Positions 1 to 14,604 of a DNA stretch of 64,000 bases are shown here, piece after piece; the first letter of the stretch is position 1, and every line of letters begins with the position of its first letter. Source of the DNA: Lama guanicoe (taxonomy: Eukaryota); the NCBI GenBank assembly GCA_013239625.1, contig MU053550.1:47976-111975 (forward strand). Reading direction: 5' to 3'. The position numbers and the translations under genes were made by a program. The notes beneath the pieces were generated by a model. The model was not told where the DNA came from. It ran no database searches and worked only from the letters and a program-made list of their open reading frames with translations.

Positions 1-750
1 AATTGCTTGTTTAGGTCTGCCTATTTTTGGATTGGGTTGTTTTTTTTTCTTATTGAGTCGTATGAGCTGCTTATATATTTTGGAGATCAAGCCTTTGACG
101 GTTTCACTTGCAAAAATTTTCTCCCATTCTGTAGGTTTTCTTCTTGTTTTATTTCTGGTTTCCTTTGCTCTGCAGAAGCTTGTAAGTTTCATTAGGTCCC
201 ATTTGTTTATTCTTGCTTTTATTTCTCCTAGGAGAAAATTTTTGAAATGTATGTCAGAAAATGTTTTGCCTATGTTNNNNNNNNNNNNNNNNNNNNNNNN
301 NNNNNNNNNNNNNNNNNNNNNNNNNNNNNNNNNNNNNNNNNNNNNNNNNNNNNNNNNNNNNNNNNNNNNNNNNNNNNNNNNNNNNNNNNNNNNNNNNNNN
401 NNNNNNNNNNNNNNNNNNNNNNNNNNNNNNNNNNNNNNNNNNNNNNNNNNNNNNNNNNNNNNNNNNNNNNNNNNNNNNNNNNNNNNNNNNNNNNNNNNNN
501 NNNNNNNNNNNNNNNNNNNNNNNNNNNNNNNNNNNNNNNNNNNNNNNNNNNNNNNNNNNNNNNNNNNNNNNNNNNNNNNNNNNNNNNNNNNNNNNNNNNN
601 NNNNNNNNNNNNNNNNNNNNNNNAGTAATTCTTTAGCAATTCTAGGTCTTTGATGGTTCCATATAAATTTTATTATGATTTGTTCTAGTTCTGTGAAATA
701 TGTCCTGTGTAATTGGATAGGGATTACATTAAATCTGTAGATTGCCTTGC
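1..750 (-). mobile_element. L1 fragment (ORF2 3' part, antisense), spanning a gap
   Basis: Typical antisense L1 text: gagctgcttatatattttggagat, ttctcccattctgtaggtt, tttgttctagttctgtgaaa, ttaaatctgtagattgcctt. Confidence 0.9.
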
Positions 751-1354
751 TATTTGCCCCATTCTTGATGAGGCAGTGCTGGGTTTAGTTAAGTTGGGCC
801 ATTTAGGTTTCTTAGCTAGGTTTTCCGGACATTGATTTCAGCCTCTTTATCTTTTCTGCAATCTCTTCTTCTCTGTCGGCCTTTGGTCTTTTGACAACGT
901 GAAAATACTGCACGGATCAGCCTTTCCATTTTTTCCTGTCTTTGTGGGAAAAGATTTCTGTAAGACAAACTACTAGGATATTAAGGATTTTGTGTGGGGT
1001 AAGTTTGGTCAGTTCTAAGGATTTCAATTAATATGTATTAATACTTGCTTTTCAGCTAATGACTGTAAAATTATAAACTAACTTAAGTATACATCAGTAA
1101 GTATAGTACAATAAGCCCATCACCCAGATTAAGGAATTCACAAACGTTTCCATATTTCCTTTATTCAGACCTTTGTTCTTTTATTTGTCCTTTGTTGAAG
1201 AAGTTGACAGCAAATCCAAGAAGACACGTCATTTTACCCTATGTAATCAAGTAGGCATGTCTGAAAAATGAGGGCCTTTTCTTTGATCAGGTTTTTCCAT
1301 TTGACCGATGTGCTTACCTTTTCTTTGGTTTTTCCGTTTGACCGATGTGCTCGT

Positions 1355-1640
1355 TAATTACTGGCTGTATCAGGCATCTCACTAGGCATTAGGGATCCTT
1401 GGGGGCAATGAGACAGTCCTGGCTCCCAAGGAAGTTAAGGGCTGATGGAAGAAACCAACACAGGAGCTTAGGTGCCTAAATTAAGGTCCCTGCTGGGTGA
1501 CACCATTTGGACAAAATTTGGTCACAATACAGTAGGATTCACAGAAGGGACTGGTCAGACTTGTAGGGCAGGCATTGAGAGAAGTGGTCAGCAGGGCTAC
1601 AAGAGGAGGAATCATTTGATCAGAATCTGAAATCCTTACT
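1355..1640 (-). mobile_element. Degenerate L2 fragment
   Basis: actaggcattagggat...gagacagtcctggctcccaaggaagtt resembles the antisense L2 3' end. Confidence 0.5.
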
Positions 1641-1843
1641 GCCAACCTTTCTACCAAGCCCCCAGGGCCCATCACACACAACCCTGTGCTGTAACTGTTT
1701 TTGATTCCAGTTACCACATCTCCTTCAGGAAGGATTTTAAGGTGGAAAATATTTAAAATCCGTAATTGTTGCCAGAAGGGACATAGAACAAGGAACATGT
1801 AAACAACAGAAATGTCCATCAGCACATGACTGGCTAAAGACGA

Positions 1844-2312
1844 GGTGATACATATATACAATGGAATAATACTCAGCCATAAAAGATGCCATTTGCAGCA
1901 ACATGGATGGTCCTGAAGACTGTCATTCTACATGAAGTGGAGTGGAAAGAGAAAAAAAAATGCCATATGACTTCATTTATGGGGACTCTAAAATTAATAG
2001 CAATAATAATAAGACCACAAATGAACTAAATATTATTTTGATTTCTTGAATATATGTAAGCACATCTGACTGTCCTTTGTGATTGGATTACCATCTTCTG
2101 TTTATTATTCTTTTGTAGATGTCATTATTCCACTGGTAACTGTAATTTTAAAAATTAAAAGCTCTAATCTGTTCTTAGAAACAATAATTAGTACATATAT
2201 GTAAACTGAAAAATGCTGTGTACTCTATACATGTATTTATATGCAATATGTGTATGTGAAGTTGAGCTGTAATAATTCTACCTAATAAAACTGAAAAAGG
2301 AAAAAAATAAAA
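1844..2312 (+). mobile_element. L1 3' end fragment
   Basis: tatatacaatggaataatactcagccataaaa...gccatttgcagcaacatggatgg, ending aataaaactg plus an A-rich tail. Confidence 0.85.
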
Positions 2313-5300
2313 AATTATTTTAAAAAATCACCCCTCTTTATATATTAAAATGTTCATTTCTGAAATTCTGTGGAAGACAGCATGGAAGTAGGTTTTTAAA
2401 TTTTTCTCCTTGCGCCTCAGTAACCAGCCTGGCCTGCAGATCTCGGCCGCCACAGGCACCCAGGACTTGCCGGCTTGCTCTTCACTTGTTGGGAGGAAGG
2501 TTAGCTGCTTCAGGAGTATTTATGCTCTTAGAAGTTGCTGAAGATCCCACAGAACTTCTGTTTACATGGAGTGTATCTGTCAATATACCCCAATTTAGCA
2601 ATTAGAATAGAAAATTTAAACCCAAGAACTGACAAACACACGCTGTACCAGCACATGGTCAAAGCAGTGTTGCCACGGTGGCGTGTGTTGGTTCTAGAAA
2701 AAGTGCACAGTACACTCAAGAATGAGGTTGAACCCACAGATCTCATCTCAGCAATGCTATGAAGAGGTGGGACCCAAAGCCCCTATAACAGTGCTGTAGT
2801 CCCCTGATGTCTCAGAACACACAGAGCCATGGGACCAAGAATCCAGTGTCTCATGGATCATGAGCCGTGGGGACCGCGTCCTGGGTCAGGAGGAGCAGAA
2901 GTAGGGATAGCAGGCACACAGTCCTATTGACAGCAAAGCTTTAAAGGTTTTGAATTGACTGAAAGTTTGGCAAAGATTTGCATTTAGACTAAAACATTTC
3001 CTCTCCTGGAGACGTTAGAAGGATAACACTGATTAATAGAGGATGATTGTAATGGATTAATTATGATACTGATGACATGGGCTGTGAACACTAACCCACT
3101 CAGTGTAGAGCCTTTTATGTACACACTTCATTAGGTCTCCATACCATGAAACTAGTGACTATAAAACAGTCACAAGCCTTGCTCTCCAGCATGAGGTAGC
3201 AAAACTAGCAAGGATTTTCAATGACAATAACCAAAATCATATATTTTTGGGAAAGAAAGCAAATGAAACACTGAAGAACAATAAACAAAAAGGGCAGATG
3301 GAATGGAAAATTTTATTGAAGAAAGCAATGATTGATTCAATTAAATCAGCTAATGTCCCTGGTATAATTGAGCCATCATCCAAATTTTTGGAAAAGTGGG
3401 TTGTGAAATTACTGTCTCATTTAATATTGGAATTCCTATTTGGACCATTTTGATATGCATAACTTGTGTGAGGTTAGATATTTAGGTAAATAACAATATT
3501 CCTATTTCTTATGTTAACAGGAAACATAACACAGGACTGCAGATTTAGGGAGAGAATGCAAACCACTACTATCATACTCCATCCAGTAAGGACACGTGTC
3601 TAAGCGTCACCAAAGCAATGAGAATTTGCACACAGAAAACACAGTTTTCCAATTGTGACAAATACGAGACCGTGAGCCATAAATTACGAGAACAAGCAAC
3701 TGTTTAAATGCCATGGGCAAATTTTTTTTATCATCTTGAAAACATCACTGATGTTCTAGGTAAGAAAAAGAATTGTTTTACTAACAAATCCAACTGACAC
3801 AGGGGTTTTTCCAAGTGAGAAGGTGATTCCAAAAACTGCAGTAAAATGAGTAAAGATGATCTGCGCAGTGACGGAGATGGTCTTAGACAACCACCATCAC
3901 GATTCCCGGTTTTACACTTGCTCTCTGCTCGTCACCTCTGACACAAGAACTCATCAAATGATTTTTTTTTCCTTTAGGGAAAAAAAAAGATGAATAATAT
4001 CTAACTACAAGATGTGGTATGTAAAGCGGTAATGAAGTTGCCTAAATTTATAATGCAGCCAGTGTAATGTAGCACTTATTCGGGAACTAGAATTTTTTAA
4101 TTCATGATTTCTTTTATACCCTATTTCTATCCTAAAGTAGACACTTAAAGTTTTCTACCTTATTCAACATATCTTGTGAGGGTTGTGCTATACTCTGGTA
4201 TGGCAGATTTCAGAGATTAAATATCGCCTCTGTGGTTGTGGTCAGGAAAGACAAGGCTCCCTCACAGCTGCGACGGAGAAGGAATCCCCAGAGACCTCCT
4301 CCGGGCAGCTTCCGAACCGCATGTGCTTGCACTTGGCACAGGACACCATCAGCAAGTGTAACTCTGACAAGGAGATTTCCCCGGGGACCTGGGAGGTGCT
4401 CTAACATTGTGAAGCCACTTTTTTCCCAGTTAGGTAAGGCTTGGAAAAGTAGTTTATAAGAAGTTACTCCCTTTGTATGTGCCTTTTGTCCTGAGAGGTC
4501 ACTAATTAGCATAGAATATAAAATAGCCCGTAATATAAGAATTAAATATAAGAATTACCACATCTTTCCATCTACCTGTCTATTTGTTTATTATATTTAT
4601 AGTTAGGTTACATTTTCTATGACGTTCACTTCCGGGCACCAGAAATGAAAGGTTACAAAATATTTATTATAAACAGGGGGGACTGGGTCTAAGGGTTAAA
4701 AACCACTACTGCTAACCATAAAAACCATATAATAATTTTAATCTCAATCTCATCAGACCTTCCAGAATTACTCCCTCAATTTCACTGTTAAAATAGTAAT
4801 GGAATCTCTGTTCTTCCAAGACTCGGGCCTGATCGCCACCCATCCAGACATCTGTCTGTGGGTCCCTACTTGTCCTCGAGGCCCTCGAACACATCTTTTG
4901 GGATGAACTTTCTTCAGTGTCCCTACAGTAGGGGAAACCATGAAGTCCCAGGCACTGTCCAGGAGTCATACCTACCTGCAGAAATCAAAGTCATGTGACT
5001 GAAACGGGACAACCCAGGTGGTGTGATAGGGCTGAAAGCTCACCAAAAACAGGTTTGGGGGCTTAACCCAAGCCCTCCGTCTCCTAACTTGAAGAAGGAC
5101 AGGGAGGCCCAATTAGCCATGAGACTGGGGGGCTTCAATACTCCATGAATAAAGGATTTGTGCCACTGCCAACTTTAGACAGGGAACCCCAAAACTCATA
5201 CTTGGAAGCACCCCGTCCCCACCCCTCTGAACAAATATTCTCTCAAAACCCGTAGTGAGAGATGGGAGCCCCGGTGAGCTCTGGAATAAGATGCAATCTG

Positions 5301-7191
5301 AAAGACTGCTGGTAACAAACGGTGTGGAGCTCGGGCAGCCCCGAGGGCCACCAGCCCTTCTGGTACCACTGATGCCCACAATTCCATCCATAACAGTTTC
5401 TTCAGGACACTTATGCACACATAACCATCACAGAAAAATGATTGCTTAGACATATTTTAAGAGAAATAACATTATGAGAATGCCAAATTCATGACAAGTC
5501 AGAGTCAAGACCCCAGAGTATTTACTGGATGAAATCTCATGTGTGTTCCGCAGTGAGCTTTAAACCCTTAGGACACAGTCATGGGACAGTAGGCATTTTC
5601 TTTCTTTCCTACAAGTTGGCTTTACTGGAGAACTCCATAGACACAGGAAGACTCTGGATCCCACCTCTACTACTTACACAAAGGGCTCAACACGTGGAGA
5701 GGGATCAGCGCTGGTGCGACCGGTTCTAATGTGAGCACTCCCGTACCCAGCTACCCGAGGAGAAGAGCTCCCACCACAGGAGCAGAGATGCCCCCACGGG
5801 CACTGAAGTACCTGCAAGTATCAGGAGTCTGATGAGTGAGCCTGGGGCGGGCAAGACAGGAAGCAAGCACCGCTCCCTCAAGCTCTGCAGGTGATCTCTG
5901 TGTCATCTTGAATAAATACAGTCAGCATTAAAGATGTTTTACAAGAGGGTAAACGGTAAGGCCTCCCCAAATCTCCACGCATTCCCTTTGTGGGAGTCCT
6001 GTTAGAACACATGGTGACAAGGGACGCTGGCTTTACATGCACACGTTGCCCTGAGGGTTGCATGGGAGGCCACGGCGCTGTCTCTGCCCCACCTCCTGCC
6101 CCCATCCCCCAGACCTCACAGGGGCCGCTGACACGTTTCTCTGACTTTCTCCCCTTGGTATTGCTGCTCTTCAAGCTTTTAAGAGCTCATAAGAACCTCG
6201 CCAGAAAATCTTTAACAATGAACCCAAATCAAATGGAATCAACCACAGTAACACACTGCCTTCATCATTACTTTACATTTTAGGAAGAAATTCTTGAAGA
6301 CGACTCCCTGACCTGAAGGGATGGATGGAGGAGAAAAGAAAATAAGACAAGCATTTTTGGCCCATAAAAAATGAGAGGTAACTAGATGGTGGCTAGTTTT
6401 CATCGCACCTCACTCTCCGCCCCTATTTCACATGCCCTTCCCAACTCAACTCATCAGAACTCGACTGAAGGAGATGGCTGTGCAAATTTATTGGAAGCCA
6501 AAGAATTCGCTCAAGAAACAGTCTCCCAAACCCAGCGAGAACACTGAAAACTAACCAGTGCCAGGATCTGAATACTAAAAAACACACAGATCCAAACTCC
6601 GCCCCCTTCCCTGGAGGTGTACTTACAATGGGGGTGTCGCCGTGCTATTTGTCAGCATCCAACATATAAAAATGAAAGGGACACCAGTTTTCAACATCAC
6701 TGTCCCTCTGAAACAACTGGTAGTCAATTAGCGTTTGTCGGCAGCAAAAGTCGATTTTCTCCCCTGCACGTGGAGGTCAACTCACAGAAGAGACTGATGA
6801 TCCCCGCTGCGAGTGTAGCTAAGTGTGTCTAAGCAAGCTGGCTCCATCAGGACCCTGATGGGCAGGGGAGTGTGTGAGCCGCGGGGCTTTGCAGAGTAAT
6901 GGCCAGGCAAGGAGGGCGCTTCCTTACTTTGGGGAGAAAAACACGGAAGCAACACTCGCTGGAAATAAATTCTAATTAAAATTTCAGGTGCAGTTCCTGA
7001 GCGTAACCTCCGCCAATAGATGAGGCTCCCTCCGTGCTGTCCAGTCATGTGAGCCAGGCTTATTATTATACCTGTGTGTTTGGTTTAGCAAGTGAATTAT
7101 GTCTGTGTTCTGGAAATTACATGAGGGTGGAAAACCTTCCAAACATGCTCATTTATTTGCTATGGAATTTGTTTAATCCTCTTAAGAGCAT

Positions 7192-7236
7192 ATACAATGA
7201 CAACCTTCTTAAATACAATGACAACCTTCTTAAATA
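7192..7236. repeat. Perfect 21-bp tandem duplication
   Basis: atacaatgacaaccttcttaa occurs twice in direct succession. Confidence 0.9.
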
Positions 7237-8004
7237 AGCATCTTTCCCCTAGAGACCTTTCTAGGCACATGCGCCGAAACCTAGGACAACCCAGAAGCAA
7301 AATCAAAACCATTTCAGCTGCACAGCACCGCAGAATGTGTCCAGTTTGAGAATCAAGGATTTTTTCCTCCACACCCTTTTACTCTTCTGCCCAAATTAAT
7401 CAGCCTCTACTGCTCTTGTATAATGAGTATCGTATGACTCATCTTCTCTGCCTGTAAAATGGAAATGGGAGATAATTCTACCCAATAAAATGTCATAGAA
7501 CTAACCACCAAAATTATATATATTAAAAAAACTCCAGGGCTTTATGCTGTCCAGGGTTATGAATTATTTATTTAATGTGTCAATTGCTACAAGAATAAAC
7601 TTTTCTAAATGTAAATCCTCCTCAGAAATATTCAAGTACTATTCAAGAAAAATATCTCAGAAAATTTCTGAAAAGTATTTAAAGGAAAATCATTTTTAAC
7701 TGAATCATATTCCAGGCACACTGAATAAATTCTCTTTAGATAACTCCTAGTTTTTTTTTTAATAAATGACCTATAAAAATACACACAGCATTAATCAGTA
7801 AATCTTCATTCCTTATTTTTAAAATTCTTAAGACATGCCATTTTTCTTAAATCAAATGAGGAGGTATTCGCAAGCCAATAGACAACGGAATTAACTAAGA
7901 AGAAATTATAAAACAGCAAGAGCAACTAGCAGTTTGCCAAGCATTCTGCCTGAGAGCCACTCGTATCATCTCATTTTGACCGGACCGCTTGGAGTTGAGC
8001 TCCA

Positions 8005-8126
8005 CTAGCCCATTTAACACATGAAGAAACTGAGGCTCTGGGTGGTCATGTTTCCAGTACTTGATGGAGCCAGGATCCAAATCCGGATCTTTCTCTATAG
8101 AGCCTGTGCCTTTACCAGATCACACT
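8005..8126 (-). mobile_element. MIR SINE fragment
   Basis: cccatttaacacatgaagaaactgaggctc...ggagccaggatccaaatccgg, the MIR core. Confidence 0.75.
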
Positions 8127-9137
8127 TACATTTCTCCCTCTTCAAATGCACTCAGTCCCCGAAGTAACACACCTTCCTTGCGTTTCTGAGAGTTTTAAGA
8201 AGTACTGAAAGGACTAAGCAGACATCTGTGTGGGCTAATTTCTAATTTTCTGATTTTCCTGAATCAGTTCAGGCTGAATTCATACTACTTACGAGGAGAA
8301 GTCCTGAGGCAGAGGAGAGAGCAGAAGATAAGCCAGTCATAAACAATTTCAAGAGATCCAATTCATCAAGGAAGCAAAGTATTAAATAAACCACTTCAGC
8401 AACACGCCTGTCAATAAACCTTGGTGTCTCGGTCTCAGCCTGAAGGAGGGGAAGCCCCCCAGCCCATCTGCCTTCCTGCCACATACCCTGGATGAACTTG
8501 GTTCCCTCACATGTGACACGTGTTTTCTCCTGGGACTCTTTGTAGCGATTAAACGATAAAACGATATGCAAAGGGGATACTTATTTGCTAAATAGTAGGC
8601 ACTAAACAAATAATAAAATTATTTTATTTCATGAAAACGGGAGGTAGGTCTCCAAATTAAACATTCCTAATAGAATCCCAACAAGGACTTTAATTTATCT
8701 GCAAGAATTGTAAAATAACCTTTCTTTTTTAAAGGGTATATCCATTCTCCCTACTTTTTACCAATCCTGGCTGTTATCCTGAAAATCTATCCCCAGAACT
8801 TGGCATCCATCTCCCATATTTAAATCCTTAAAATTTGAAATTATGATGAAGCTTGGGCACATAAAGATTCATATCATAATTCACAGAATAAACTAAGACC
8901 TCAGGATCAGGGCCACCTCCAGACCCCATGTGCTCAGGACAGGCCCCAAACTTCACAAAATCAGAAGCATGCTGTTTGAAGAGAAAGAAAATTGAATGTG
9001 ATCAAGGAGGCTGACACAGAACACTGGACGGCTCAAGAGACGACTCCTTCACCCCCTCGTCTGACTTAAGTCATCTAACAGTTATCAGTTGATCTCTAAC
9101 TAAAAGTAAAACAGGGGTACATTTCCTACAAACATAT

Positions 9138-9590
9138 TGTCAACTAAAATTTGGCACTTGTCATCTGCCTCTGATTTGATTAAGTCATGAGCCACTGCAG
9201 CTGCTGACCTTCAACACCCTCTGAAAGTAGTTCAGGGTGGAGTGGAGGAATGGGGCATTCTGTGCTCTGGGAAAATGGGCAGAAAAGCCTTCAGATAGTT
9301 AGACATTTTCAGGAAATTTTAAGAGCCCAAATTCTTGCATCTCCTCCAATCTAGAAAAGAACTAAAACCATTAACAGAGACACCTGCTCCCCGACTTGCA
9401 GCAGCCTCTGCCTTAACGTATACTTGAATGCACGTCCTCCTTCAATGAAATCTCATATAATGCTGAGCTCCCCCTCCTCTTCATAGCAGTTCCTCCGAGC
9501 TCTCTGAGATGCTGACACCTGGGATCTGGTCCTCAATTTGCCCAAGGTAAAACTTAACCCACAACTCTCACGTTGTGTGGTTTATTGACA
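9138..9590 (+). mobile_element. Solo ERV LTR
   Basis: TGTCAA...TTGACA inverted termini. Body resembles cetartiodactyl ERV LTRs (gccactgcagctgctgacctt, cagttcctccgagctctctgagatgctg). Left boundary uncertain; no clear TSD. Confidence 0.7.
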
Positions 9591-10959
9591 GTAAAACAAA
9601 AATTAAGCTTACATACTTGAACTCATAGTAAACATTCAGTATCAAACATTTCTTGACTTAAATTACTTTTTAAAAGTAAATAATTATTCCATTTCTTAAA
9701 TATAGCATCTTTAAATATAAATTAGCAGATATTTATGAATCTTAGGAAAATATATTCTGGAAAAACTTTTAGCTAATTAATAAAAAAGCTATTGTGTAGT
9801 GTTATAGAAATTCTGAAGTGGAAAAGAATAGTATTGTAACTCAAGTTCTTGTTTTAATTGCAGAGATCCTGAGGTCTCAAAAGACATATAAATTTACCTG
9901 ATTTTATACACTGTCCTTTAACAGAAATCCTGATCTTTGAGAGAAAAAGACTTGCTCTGCTGGTTTAGGGTGAACTTTATGAAAATTGGTCGTGAGAGAG
10001 AACCAGAATGCAGGGGCCTGGGAGAGGCAGCGGAGGAAAGGATGATCTCACCTGGTCGTGGGTGAGAAATAGGCTCCCACAGTGCTGATGTGATGGGCAT
10101 CCCTCAAGTACCTGAAACTGCTATTTAGTACACCTGCCACCAAAACGCACACAAGCTGTTTAACTAGAAGGCTGAGAAGGAGGCTTTCTCAGTGACACAA
10201 CAAGCTATTTTCATGTTAACTCTACAACTACAGGAAGAGAAAGAATAGAAAGCTGATATTAATTATTAATAATTTACACCAAGAACCAAGGAATTTCCAG
10301 GAGAAATATAAAGACTTGTTGGAAGTTTCATTATGTGAACNNNNNNNNNNNNNNNNNNNNNNNNNNNNNNNNNNNNNNNNNNNNNNNNNNNNNNNNNNNN
10401 NNNNNNNNNNNNNNNNNNNNNNNNNNNNNNNNNNNNNNNNNNNNNNNNNNNNNNNNNNNNNNNNNNNNNNNNNNNNNNNNNNNNNNNNNNNNNNNNNNNN
10501 NNNNNNNNNNNNNNNNNNNNNNNNNNNNNNNNNNNNNNNNNNNNNNNNNNNNNNNNNNNNNNNNNNNNNNNNNNNNNNNNNNNNNNNNNNNNNNNNNNNN
10601 NNNNNNNNNNNNNNNNNNNNNNNNNNNGAAGTCTTGGAACGCGGAAATGAACAGCAGGACAGAAACCTGGCGGGAGGGTCACTGGCTAGAAGGTGAGAAC
10701 AACTGTGTTCTCCAACGTGCTCTGGTAGCCACTAGTTTAAATGAACCGAGCAATTGTTCCAGCATACACGCAGCTCTACATGAAAATCTCAACTGTTACC
10801 AACCGCTTAGTGCAGCCCGAAGCAATGGACGGACTGCAGAGGCCCCCGGAGGCTCATCGTGGTGTCTTACACCATGTGCAGGATGAGGGGTGCCTCCCCG
10901 CCCCCTCCCTCCCCTTCCCTCGAAGGAGATGGCTGGTCCTGGGTTGAGCTTACCTCATA

Positions 10960-11290
10960 GCAAGCTGTCTCTCAGCCCTCTGTCTAAAGCAAGATAAAAG
11001 CAGGAAAGCTACCTGGGACTTTACAGAACCATCCCAAAAGGGAACTGAAGCACCTTTCTTCCCTCCTCTCTGCTGCCCGGAATGTGGGCCTGATGGTTGA
11101 CTTTCAGGCAGCCACTTTGGGTCATCAGGTAGATGGGCTGTAGATAACAGGCATCTGGTTCTCTGACCCTGGGGCCATCATGCAAACCAGCCCTGGGCTA
11201 CCGATTGCTTGACTTCTTTATGTAAGAAGGAAATACAATTTTAGCATGTTTAAGCCACTGCTGTTATCTGGGGAACTAGGTGTTGTACAT
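10960..11290 (+). mobile_element. MLT1-like MaLR LTR remnant
   Basis: ctgcccggaatgtgggcctgatgg, gcagccactttg, ccagccctgggctacc, tgtttaagccactg. Boundaries approximate. Confidence 0.6.
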
Positions 11291-14200
11291 TGCCATGGTA
11301 AGACCTAATAATAAAGTTAAATATTCACCAAACTACTTACCAAATAGTTAATAAATGATAAAGAGATATTGATTTTTGTTTTAATGCTATGAAATGTAAA
11401 TCAAATTTCAGCATATGCCAATAAAACAAGACACTGTGGAGATAAAGCAAAACAGAGTTTGTAGAACAGAGACCAAAAGCATCCTGCTCTCCAAGGCACA
11501 GAAGGACAGCCGTGACTCTACGTGCCAAGGCTGGAGTCACATGGGCTCCCTGTTTTCCTTGCCTTGGGTTCTGTTTTGTTTCCAGCCTTGGGAAAAATGG
11601 ATAAGACTGCTGGTCAAATCATTTCAGAAGCAGCTTCCATCATGTAGAACCCCTGTCTCTTCCTTTCCTCTGCCTCCTGAAATGTTCTGACACAATTAAT
11701 CAGTCCAGCCTTCTAAATTGAGCAAATGAAGCTCAATCAATCTGCATTTAGACAGAGTTAAAAATAGACATTAAAAAGCATAACTAGGAAATTTTATCTT
11801 CCAGAGGTCATTGCACTGATGAAATAGGAGAATAGCTGTGAACCACTCTGTAAACTCTAAGTACAATACAAACAATATTAGTACTGATTTTATGTTACAT
11901 TCATCAATAAAGGAACACAGGACCCTTTCTTACCAGAAGGAAAAGGTGCTTTGTAATTTTCTGTCACTTTAAATCTTCAAATTTTCTATAAAATTGATGT
12001 CTTTAGAAAAATCAATGCACATTAGGGACTAATTTTAATTCCTTCATCTCCCCCGGTTTAACACATATCAAGAATGTTACCATTTGTAGATATTTTACTT
12101 AGGAAAGCCTTTGGTATACATGAGGCACAGAGCACAGTCAACTGTCAGTATCACTCAGGATAGGAAAACCATGTTTGATACCCAAACTTGAAGACATGAA
12201 GAAGATGCCTGACATGTCCCACTGACCTTTCAGGCTATTCTTTTTCAAACACTTGTTTCTTCTTGGCCCAGAACAGACACACATTTGTTGATGTGAGACT
12301 CTTTAAGTGAAAAGGTCAACCCATCATTACCACTTTAGAGACTGAAATCTTACCCTCCTCATCCATGTGGACATAGCATCCATACTGATTCCTAACATGA
12401 AATGTGACCATCGATGACATCTCAGGATGCTCCAATGCAGAGGTTCTCTGCTGCAGTGAGGAGGAAAGAGCCGTGTGCTTCAAGACGCACTTACTGTCTG
12501 TAGCTCACTTGGCAAGACACTGCAACTTGTCTAAGCTAAAGCTTAAAAGTGGAAAATAGAGACAACATCCATGGCAAAGGGCATTTGGAGGCTAATTCCC
12601 TGGCCCCACTTCATCACTTCTCAAGAGCCGTGGGCAATACCTTGAGAAAGGCAGCAACATGGTACCCAAGTCATCAAAAAGCTGCACCTCCTACTAGTTG
12701 ACAGTTAAGCAAGTGTCATCTGGCTCAACAAATCTCCCTGTGCCTCTACAGTGTACGGCTAAATTTTCTTTATTTTCTCGGTCGGGGGACACTCCATTTT
12801 TGAAAATCCCCCTGCCTGCAGTAGAAGTTCTTAGTTTCCCAATCACAATGCAGGCTTGAAGGGGGGATAACAGAGCTGACAAAACATAGATCACTATTTA
12901 TTCCTTGATATATTTTTGGCACATGGACTAAAAATCGTTGGGTCAGTTGGACATCAAGATCATATCTAATTTACACAATTGTCAATTGCCATTTTATTAC
13001 CAGCTCCTGAAACAGTCACGTGGTCACTAGGTTATTTTTTTTTTCCTTCCATTGACCCATGGATTTGATGATTTCTAACCAGACACAATAGATTTTTGAA
13101 AAGAAATCTGTTTCACCTTTTGCTTTTAAACTAAATTTGTGTACCTGACCCTGACTTCACTCTAACATTCACAAAAAGCTATCCAAGGACACCCCCTTTT
13201 GACATCATCTGTAGATGTCTTGAATACACTGCTGAGCTGATTCTTCCAGAACATTAAAATATATATGCACATTATGCTGTGGTCCTCTTCAATTTGTGGT
13301 GTTTTCAGTAATCATTACCTCTTTGGATACTTTATTACACATTTAGCTTTCCTTTATCCAATTCAGTTACATTAGTATATAAGATTTCAAAAGAACTGGT
13401 TTCTCAAAATGATGATATTTAACATCTATGGCCTTTTCTTAATCAAGTAATTCTTTAAGGCTGTCAAGGACAGCAGTGAAAGTTGTGTGTGGTGATTGCT
13501 GCTTCAGAGTCTCTGGTCCTGCCCCATGATCTTGCATGTGTTTACGCATCCTTGCGAATGTCAACACATCAGTCTATTAGGAGCTGAAATTAAACTACCT
13601 GGATGCTAATTTTTTTTTAAAACAATAAACTCAATTTCCCCTACAAATTCTTTATTGTTTCTCATACTGAGGCTCACCACTTTTCCTAATATATATATTT
13701 GGTGGGAATGGGGGCACAGCCCTGAAAGCCTGCACACAGCATCAACTCTATAAGATTAACCAGAGGTGGCCTTGGATGTTGTGTGACTTCAGCCTCTGAG
13801 CACGAGCACCTGCTGTTCCTCCAACTGTTCTGCCTCCATTGCTGACAGCCCTGAAGGTCACTGCCTCTTGTAAAATTCTACATTACAGTTCATATATTTT
13901 TAAAAGGTATTAAATTGTGAAAGTTATCTGTTGTTTGTGTAAAATGGGGGGTACTTGCCTTTGCTCATTTCAGGCTAAACTAAGTCCAGAAGGACACACA
14001 CACACACACACGCAGTTCTGAGTGCCCCCAAAGAAAAGTTTGAAAGGCTTCAGGACAGTGGTGGCACTCAAACCTTTGGAATTTTGAGCTCTATGAAAGT
14101 ATCACTTATTCAGAAATTAAGCATTATAATTCTAGACCAAGAGAATCAGAATCCCCCACAAGTTACTTACAAGAATTTTTTTAAAGAAACTATCTTCCCT

Positions 14201-14604
14201 AAAATCCAATGATAAATCAAATATCCATGGAAAGAATATAGATCAGTAATATCAAGCAACAATTTCTACACTAATGCTGATTAGCCATCAGCCCAAACCA
14301 AAGGACATAGAAATAAGACACCAGGAGATAAAGAGATGGCAGAGAGGTATTAAAAAGCAAGAATATAAAAGAAGTAATGGCCCTATGGAAACCTGCTCAT
14401 TTTTTTTGAAATAATTACTTGGTTAAAGGAACTCACTCTTGAGGATTTGAAATGCACCAAGAGGAAATTTAGCAGGGAAAAGAAGCAGAAGCAGGTCTCA
14501 GTTTTTTCCGAGGCTGATCATAAATGAAAAAAAAAATTCCTTAGGTTCCACAATACACAACCTGCTTTGATGTCTAAGCAGAAGAATGAGGAGGAGAGAA
14601 AACC

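Noticed and set aside
1275..1351. ~35-40-bp imperfect tandem duplication (ggtttttccRtttgaccgatgtgct twice)
   Set aside because: Only two copies; ordinary local slippage with no functional signal.
4183..4512. Overlapping GC-richer ORFs on both strands
   Set aside because: No recognisable domain and only weak splice signals, so they cannot be supported as coding.
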